DNA of 64,000 bases, from the NCBI RefSeq assembly GCF_009914755.1, contig NC_060935.1, one strand, 5' to 3'. This DNA comes from the human T2T-CHM13v2.0 reference genome, Homo sapiens. Below the pieces are notes generated by a model. It was not told where the DNA came from. It made no database searches and worked only from the letters and a program-made list of their open reading frames with translations. Position numbers and translations under genes: made by a program. How positions within the stretch are numbered: position 1 is the first letter of the stretch; each line of letters starts with the position of its first letter. Below, piece by piece: positions 55,601-64,000 of this stretch.

Positions 55601-58600
55601 AACTTCTTTGTGATGTTTGCATTCAACTCACAGAGTTGAACCTTGCTTTCATAGTTCAGCTTTCAAACCCTCTTTTTGTAGAATCTGCAAGTGGATATTT
55701 GGACCACTTTGTGGCCTTCCTTCGAAACGGGTATATCTTCACATCAAACCTAGACAGAAGCATTCTCAGAATGTTTCCTGTGATGACTGCATTCAACTCA
55801 CAGAGGTGAACAATCCTGCTGATGGAGCAGTTTTGAAACTCTCTTTCTTTGGATTCTGCAAGTGGATATGTGGACCTCTGTGAAGATTTCGTTGGAAACG
55901 GGTTCATCTTCACAGAAAAACTAAACAGGAGCATTCTTGGAAACTGCTTTGTGATGTTTGTATTCCACTTCAAGAATTGAACTTTCCTCTTGACAGAGCA
56001 GCTCTGAAACCCTCTTATTCTAGAATCTGCAAGTGGACATTTGGAGGGCTTTGAGGCCTGTGGTGGAAAAGGAAAATCTTCACATAAAAACTAGATGGAA
56101 GCATTCTCAGAAACTACTTTGTGATGATTGCATTCGACTCACAGAGTTGAACATTCCTATAGATAGAGCAGGTTGTAAACAATGTTTTTGTAGAATCTGC
56201 GATTGGAGATTTGGACTGCTTTGAGGCCTACTGTAGTAAAGGAAATAACTTCATCTAAAAACCAAACGGAAGCATTCACAGACAATTCTTAGTGATCATT
56301 GGATTGAACTAACAGAGCTGAACATTCCTTTAGATGGAGCAGTTTCCAAACACACTTTCTGTACAATCTGCAAGTGGATATTTGGACTTCTCTGAGGATT
56401 TCGTTGGAAACGGGATAAACTTCCCAGAACTACAGGGAAGCATTGTGAGAAACTTCTTTGTGATGTTTGCATTCAACTCACAGAGTTGAACCTTGCTTTC
56501 ATAGTTCAGCTTTCAAACACTCTTTTTGTAGAATCTGCAAGTGGATATTTGGACCACTTTGTGGCCTTCCTTCGAAACGGGTATATCTTCACATCAAACC
56601 TAGACAGAAGCATTCTCAGAATGTTTCCTGTGATGACTGCATTCAACTCACAGAGGTGAACAATCCTGTTGATGGAGCACTTTTGAAACTCTCTTTCTTT
56701 GGATTCTGCAAGTGGATATGTGGACCTCTGTGAAGATTTCGTTGGAAACGGGTTCATCTTCACAGAAAAATTAACAGAAGCATTCTCAGAAACTGCTTTG
56801 TGATGTTTGTGTTCCACTTCAGGAATTGAACTTTCCTCTTGACAGAGCAGCTCTGAAACCCTCTTATTCTAGAATCTGCAAGTGGACATTTGGAGGGCTT
56901 TGAGGCCTGTGGTGGAAAAGGAAAATCTTCACATAAAAACTAGATGGAAGCATTCTCAGAAACTTCTTTGTGATGATTGCATTCGACTCACAGAGTTGAA
57001 CATTCCTATAGATAGAGCAGGTTGTAAACAATCTTTTTGTAGAATCTGCGATTGGAGATTTGGACTGCTTTGAGGCCTACTGTAGTAAAGGAAATAACTT
57101 CATCTAAAAACCAAACAGAAGCATTCACAGACAATTCTTAGTGATCATTGCATTGAACTAACAGAGCTGAACATTCCTTTAGATGGCGCAGTTTCCAAAC
57201 ACACTTTCTGTAGAATCTGCAAGTGGATATTTGGACCTCTCTGAGGATTTCGTTGGAAACGGGATAAACTTCCCAGAACTACACGGAAGCATTGTGAGAA
57301 ACTTCTTTGTGATGTTTGCATTCAACTCACAGAGTTGAACCTTGCTTTCATAGTTCAGCTTTCAAACACTCTTTTTGTAGAATCTGCAAGTGGATATTTG
57401 GACCATTTTGTGGCCTTCTTTCGAAACGGGTATATCTTCACATCAAACCTAGACAGAAGCATTCTCAGAATGTTTCCTGTGATGACTGCATTCAACTCAC
57501 AGAGGTGAACAATCCTGCTGATGGAGCAGTTTTGAAACTCTCTTTCTTTGGATTCTGCAAGTGGATATGTGGACCTCTGTGAAGATTTCGTTGGAAACGG
57601 GTTCATCTTCACAGAAAAACTAAACAGGAGCATTCTCAGAAACTGCTTTGTGATGTTTGTGTTCCACTTAAAGAATTGAACTTTCCTCTTGACAGAGCAG
57701 CTCTGAAACCCTCTTTTTCTAGAATCTGCAAGTGGACATTTGGAGGGCTTTGAGGCCTGTGGTGGAAAAGGAAAATCTTCACATAAAAACTAGATGGAAG
57801 CATTCTCAGAAACTACTTTGTGATGATTGCATTCGACTCACAGAGTTGAACATTCCTATAGATAGAGCAGGTTGTAAACAATCTTTTTGTAGAATCTGCG
57901 ATTGGAGATTTGGATTGCTTTGAGGCCTACTGTAGTAAAGGAAATAACTTCATCTAAAAACCAAACGGAAGCATTCACAGAAAATTCTTAGTGATCATTG
58001 CATTGAACTAACAGAGGTGAACATTCCTTTAGATGGCGCAGTTTCCAAACACACTTTCTGTAGAATCTGCAAGTGGATATTTGGACCTCTCTGAGGATTT
58101 CGTTGGAAACGGGATAAACTTCCCAGAACTACACGGAAGCATTGTGAGAAACTTCTTTGTGATGTTTGCATTCAACTCACAGAGTTGAACCTTGCTTTCA
58201 TAGTTCAGCTTTCAAACACTCTTTTTGTAGAATCTGCAAGTGGATATTTGGACCACTTTGTGGCCTTCCTTCGAAACGGGTATATCTTCACATCAAACCT
58301 AGACAGAAGCATTCTCAGAATGTTTCCTGTGATGACTGCATTCAACTCACAGAGGTGAACAATCCTGCTGATGGAGCACTTTTGAAACTCTCTTTCTTTG
58401 GATTCTGCAAGTGGATATGTGGACCTCTGTGAAGATTTCGTTGGAAACGGGTTCATCTTCACAGAAAAACTAAACAGGAGCATTCTCAGAAACTGCTTTG
58501 TGATGTTTGTGTTCCACTTTAAGAATTGAACTTTCCTCTTGACAGAGCAGCTCTGAAACCCTCTTTTTCTAGAATCTGCAAGTGGACATTTGGAGGGCTT

Positions 58601-61600
58601 TGAGGCCTGTGGTGGAAAAGGAAAATCTTCACATAAAAACTAGATGGAAGCATTCTCAGAAACTACTTTGTGATGATTGCATTCGACTCACAGAGTTGAA
58701 CATTCCTATAGATAGAGCAGGTTGTAAACAATCTTTTTGTAGAATCTGCGATTGGAGATTTGGACTGCTTTGAGGCCTACTGCAGTAATGGAAATTACTT
58801 CATCTAAAAACCAAACGGAAGCATTCACAGACAATTCTTAGTGATCATTGCATTGAACTAACAGAGCTGAACATTCCTTTAGATGGAGCAGTTTCCAAAC
58901 ACACTTTCTGTAGAACCTGCAAGTGGATATTTGGACCTCTCTGAGGATTTCGTTGGAAACGGGATAAACTTCCCAGAACTACACGGAAGCATTGTGAGAA
59001 ACTTCTTTGTGATGTTTGCATTCAACTCACAGAGTTGAACCTTGCTTTCATAGTTCAGCTTTCAAACACTCTTTTTGTAGAATCTGCAAGTGGATATTTG
59101 GACCACTTTGTGGCCTTCCTTCGAAACGGGTATATCTTCACATCAAACCTAGACAGAAGCATTCTCAGAATGTTTCCTGTGATGACTGCATTCAACTCAC
59201 AGAGGTGAACAATCCTGCTGATGGAGCAGTTTTGAAACTCTCTTTCTTTGGATTCTGCAATTGGATATGGGGACCTCAGTGAAGATTTCGTTGGAAACGG
59301 GTTCATCTTCACAGAAAAACTAAACAGAAACATTCTCACAAACTACTTTGTGATGTTTGTGTTCCACTTCAGGAATTGAACTTTCCTCTTGACAGAGCAG
59401 CTCTGAAACCCTCTTATTCTATAATCTGCAAGTGGACATTTGGAGGGCTTTGAGGCCTGTGGTGGAAAAGGAAAATCTTCACATAAAAACTAGATGGAAG
59501 CATTCTCAGAAACTACTTTGTGATGATTGCATTCGACTCACAGAGTTGAACATTCCTATAGATAGAGCAGGTTGTAAACAATCTTTTTGTAGAATCTGCG
59601 ATTGGAGATTTGGACTGCTTTGAGGCCTACTGTAGTAAAGGAAATAACTTCATCTAAAAACCAAACGGAAGCATTCACAGACAATTCTTAGTGATCATTG
59701 CATTGAACTAACAGAGCTGAACATTCCTTTAGATGGAGCAGTTTCCAAACACACTTTCTGTAGAACCTGCAAGTGGATATTTGGACCTCTCTGAGGATTT
59801 CGTTGGAAACGGGATAAACTTCCCGGAACTACACGGAAGCATTGTGAGAAACTTCTTTGTGATGTTTGCATTCAACTCACAGAGTTGAACCTTGCTTTCA
59901 TAGTTCAGCTTTCAAACACTCTTTTTGTAGAATCTGCAAGTGGATATTTGGACCACTTTGTGGCCTTCCTTCGAAACGGGTATATCGTCACATCAAACCT
60001 AGACAGAAGCATTCTCAGAATGTTTCCTGTGATGACTGCATTCAACTCACAGAGGTGAACAATCCTGCTGATGGAGCAGTTTTGAAACTCTCTTTCTTTG
60101 GATTCTGCAAGTGGATATGTGGACCTCTGTGAAGATTTCGTTGGAAACGGGTTCATCTTCACAGAAAAACTAAACAGGAGCATTCTCAGAAACTGCTTTG
60201 TGATGTTTGTGTTCCACTTCAAGAATTGAACTTTCCCCTTGACAGAGCAGCTCTGAAACCCTCTTATTCTATAATCTGCAAGTGGACATTTGGAGGGCTT
60301 TGAGGCCTGTGGTGGAAAAGGAAAATCTTCACATAAAAACTAGATGGAAGCATTCTCAGAAACTACTTTGTGATGATTGCATTCGACTCACAGAGTTGAA
60401 CATTCCTATAGATAGAGCAGGTTGTAAACAATCTTTTTGTAGAATCTGCGATTGGAGATTTGGACTGCTTTGAGGCCTACTGTAGTAAAGGAAATAACTT
60501 CATCTAAAAACCAAACGGAAGCATTCACAGACAATTCTTAGTGATCATTGGATTGAACTAACAGAGCTGAACATTCCTTTAGATGGCGCAGTTTCCAAAC
60601 ACACTTTCTGTAGAATCTGCAAGTGGATATTTGGACTTCTCTGAGGATTTCGTTGGAAACGGGATAAACTTCCCAGAACTACACGGAAGCATTGTGAGAA
60701 ACTTCTTTGTGATGTTTGCATTCAACTCACAGAGTTGAACCTTGCTTTCATAGTTCAGCTTTCAAACCCTCTTTTTGTAGAATCTGCAAGTGGATATTTG
60801 GACCACTTTGTGGCCTTCCTTCGAAACGGGTATATCTTCACATCAAACCTAGACAGAAGCATTCTCAGAATGTTTCCTGTGATGACTGCATTCAACTCAC
60901 AGAGGTGAACAATCCTGCTGATGGAGCAGTTTTGAAACTCTCTTTCTTTGGATTCTGCAAGTGGATATGTGGACCTCTGTGAAGATTTCGTTGGAAACGG
61001 GTTCATCTTCACAGAAAAACTAAACAGGAGCATTCTTGGAAACTGCTTTGTGATGTTTGTATTCCACTTCAAGAATTGAACTTTCCTCTTGACAGAGCAG
61101 CTCTGAAACCCTCTTTTTCTAGAATCTGCAAGTGGACATTTGGAGGGCTTTGAGGCCTGTGGTGGAAAAGGAAAATCTTCACATAAAAACTAGATGGAAG
61201 CATTCTCAGAAACTACTTTGTGATGATTGCATTCGACTCACAGAGTTGAACATTCCTATAGATAGAGCAGGTTGTAAACAATGTTTTTGTAGAATCTGCG
61301 ATTGGAGATTTGGACTGCTTTGAGGCCTACTGTAGTAAAGGAAATAACTTCATCTAAAAACCAAACGGAAGCATTCACAGACAATTCTTAGTGATCATTG
61401 GATTGAACTAACAGAGCTGAACATTCCTTTAGATGGAGCAGTTTCCAAACACACTTTCTGTACAATCTGCAAGTGGATATTTGGACTTCTCTGAGGATTT
61501 CGTTGGAAACGGGATAAACTTCCCAGAACTACAGGGAAGCATTGTGAGAAACTTCTTTGTGATGTTTGCATTCAACTCACAGAGTTGAACCTTGCTTTCA

Positions 61601-62876
61601 TAGTTCAGCTTTCAAACACTCTTTTTGTAGAATCTGCAAGTGGATATTTGGACCACTTTGTGGCCTTCCTTCGAAACGGGTATATCTTCACATCAAACCT
61701 AGACAGAAGCATTCTCAGAATGTTTCCTGTGATGACTGCATTCAACTCACAGAGGTGAACAATCCTGTTGATGGAGCACTTTTGAAACTCTCTTTCTTTG
61801 GATTCTGCAAGTGGATATGTGGACCTCTGTGAAGATTTCGTTGGAAACGGGTTCATCTTCACAGAAAAATTAACAGAAGCATTCTCAGAAACTGCTTTGT
61901 GATGTTTGTGTTCCACTTCAGGAATTGAACTTTCCTCTTGACAGAGCAGCTCTGAAACCCTCTTATTCTAGAATCTGCAAGTGGACATTTGGAGGGCTTT
62001 GAGGCCTGTGGTGGAAAAGGAAAATCTTCACATAAAAACTAGATGGAAGCATTCTCAGAAACTTCTTTGTGATGATTGCATTCGACTCACAGAGTTGAAC
62101 ATTCCTATAGATAGAGCAGGTTGTAAACAATCTTTTTGTAGAATCTGCGATTGGAGATTTGGACTGCTTTGAGGCCTACTGTAGTAAAGGAAATAACTTC
62201 ATCTAAAAACCAAACAGAAGCATTCACAGACAATTCTTAGTGATCATTGCATTGAACTAACAGAGCTGAACATTCCTTTAGATGGCGCAGTTTCCAAACA
62301 CACTTTCTGTAGAATCTGCAAGTGGATATTTGGACCTCTCTGAGGATTTCGTTGGAAACGGGATAAACTTCCCAGAACTACACGGAAGCATTGTGAGAAA
62401 CTTCTTTGTGATGTTTGCATTCAACTCACAGAGTTGAACCTTGCTTTCATAGTTCAGCTTTCAAACACTCTTTTTGTAGAATCTGCAAGTGGATATTTGG
62501 ACCATTTTGTGGCCTTCTTTCGAAACGGGTATATCTTCACATCAAACCTAGACAGAAGCATTCTCAGAATGTTTCCTGTGATGACTGCATTCAACTCACA
62601 GAGGTGAACAATCCTGCTGATGGAGCAGTTTTGAAACTCTCTTTCTTTGGATTCTGCAAGTGGATATGTGGACCTCTGTGAAGATTTCGTTGGAAACGGG
62701 TTCATCTTCACAGAAAAACTAAACAGGAGCATTCTCAGAAACTGCTTTGTGATGTTTGTGTTCCACTTAAAGAATTGAACTTTCCTCTTGACAGAGCAGC
62801 TCTGAAACCCTCTTTTTCTAGAATCTGCAAGTGGACATTTGGAGGGCTTTGAGGCCTGTGGTGGAAAAGGAAAATC
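52611..62876 (+). repeat. Tandem duplication of a 6-HOR block, period 5,099 bp
   Basis: Anchor pairs 53067/58166, 53917/59016, 54767/59866, 55617/60716, 56467/61566 and 57316/62415 share private alleles. These include gggacctcag, tatatcgtc, ttcccct, cattcttgga, gtacaatc, the aaaattaac deletion and ccattttg. Confidence 0.93.
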
Positions 62877-64000
62877 GTCACATATAAACTTTATGGAAGC
62901 ATTCTCAGAAACTACTTTGTGATGATTGCATTCGACTCACAGAGTTGAACATTCCTATAGATAGAGCAGGTTGTAAACAATCTTTTTGTAGAATCTGCGA
63001 TTGGAGATTTGGACTGCTTTGAGGCCTACTGTAGTAAAGGAAATTACTTCATCTAAAAACCGAACGGAAGCATTCACAGACAATTCTTAGTTATCATTGC
63101 ATTGAACTAACAGAGCTGAACATTCCTTTAGATGGCGCAGTTTCCAAACACACTTTCTGTAGAATGTGCAAGTGGATATTTGGACCTCTCTGAGGATTTC
63201 GTTGGAAACGGGATAAACTTCCCAGAACTACACGGAAGCATTGTGAGAAACTTCTTTGTGATGTTTGCATTCAACTCACAGAGTTGAACCTTGCTTTCAT
63301 AGTTCAGCTTTCAAACACTCTTTTTGTAGAATCTGCAAGTGGATATTTGGACCACTTTGTGGCCTTCCTTCGAAACGGGTATATCTTCACATCAAACCTA
63401 GTCAGAAGCATTCTCAGAATGTTTCCTGTGATGACTGCATTCAACTCACAGAGGTGAACAATCCTGCTGATGGAGCAGTTTTGAAACTCTCTTTCTTTGG
63501 ATTCTGCAAGTGGATATGTGGACCTCTGTGAAGATTTCGTTGGAAACGGGTTCATCTTCACAGAAAAACTAAACAGGAGCATTCTCAGAAACTGCTTTGT
63601 GATGTTTGTGTTCCACTTAAAGAATTGAACTTTCCTCTTGACAGAGCAGCTCTGAAACCCTCTTTTTCTAGAATCTGCAAGTGGACATTTGGAGGGCTTT
63701 GAGGCCTGTGGTGGAAAAGGAAAATCGTCACATAAAAACTTTATGGAAGCATTCTCAGAAACTTCTTTGTGATGATTGCATTCGACTCACAGAGTTGAGC
63801 ATTCCTATAGATAGAGCAGGTTGTAAACAATCTTTTTGTAGAATCTGCGATTGGAGATTTGGACTGCTTTGAGGCCTGCTGTAGTAAAGGAAATTACTTC
63901 ATCTAAAAACCAAACGGAAGCATTCACAGACAATTCTTAGTGATCATTGCATTGAACTAACAGAGCTGAACATTCCTTTAGATGGAGCAGTTTCCAAACC

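Larger units (their letters stand above)
1..64000 (+). repeat. D11Z1: Alpha-satellite higher-order repeat array, 850-bp 5-mer HOR, about 75 copies; best match D11Z1 (SF3, chromosome 11 centromere)
   Basis: Canonical alphoid motifs (cattctcagaaact, cacagagttgaac, gtagaatctgcaagtggatatttgga) recur every ~170 bp. Near-identical sequence recurs every 850 bp (ORF anchors 220, 1069, 1919, 2769 ... 63265). There is one XbaI site per unit (e.g. 622-627), and three B-type monomers are followed by two A-type monomers, as in the SF3 W1-W5 pentamer. The chromosome 11 assignment rests on my knowledge that D11Z1 is the 850-bp XbaI pentamer, not on an alignment. Confidence 0.93.

Noticed and set aside
26700-62876. 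Identical 5,099-bp period of two duplications suggesting a common origin
   Set aside because: Each is 6 x 850 minus a different 1-bp deletion (aacttccaga versus aaaattaac), and their private alleles differ. The exact length match is coincidental.
220-63872. About 230 short ORFs on both strands (MHSTHRV..., MDIWRAL..., MLLFSF...)
   Set aside because: They are chance open frames of the satellite repeated every 850 bp. Many start at TTG/GTG, they overlap on opposite strands, they are freely broken by stops and frameshifts, and they have no recognisable domain.
1-64000. CRISPR-like array or other prokaryotic repeat system
   Set aside because: There are no unique spacers and no cas or other genes; the sequence is continuous alphoid tandem repeat.
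1-64000. Assignment to other SF3 arrays (DXZ1 12-mer, D17Z1 16-mer, chromosome 1 11-mer)
   Set aside because: The high-identity period is five monomers (850 bp), not 11, 12 or 16.
1-64000. Inversions, L1/Alu insertions or a transition to monomeric alpha satellite
   Set aside because: Anchor spacing stays at 845-850 bp throughout apart from the one 167-bp gain, and orientation never changes.

Overview
The whole 64-kb window is primate (almost certainly human) centromeric alpha-satellite DNA. It consists of about 75 head-to-tail copies of an 850-bp, 5-monomer higher-order repeat (HOR), all in one orientation, with no inversions, transposon insertions or unique sequence that I could see. The 5-mer length, the single XbaI site per unit and the B-B-B-A-A monomer order best fit the suprachromosomal family 3 array D11Z1 (chromosome 11). 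Each HOR carries two intact CENP-B boxes, one degenerate box and two A-type (pJalpha-like) boxes. All ORFs in the track are artefacts of the repeat, and I found no new protein-coding system. The informative signal is a hidden layer of organisation carried by SNPs. One 6-mer structural variant has an extra 167-bp monomer that matches a copy one HOR upstream rather than its neighbour. There are nested block duplications of 2, 6, 6 and about 9 HORs, and three HOR haplotypes recur in the order X-Z-Y, suggesting a cryptic 3-HOR period. The window also shows chimeric HORs, very short conversion-like patches, a deletion-only small-indel spectrum, and a left-to-right gradient in CENP-B box loss. All comparisons were made by eye, so counts are approximate.
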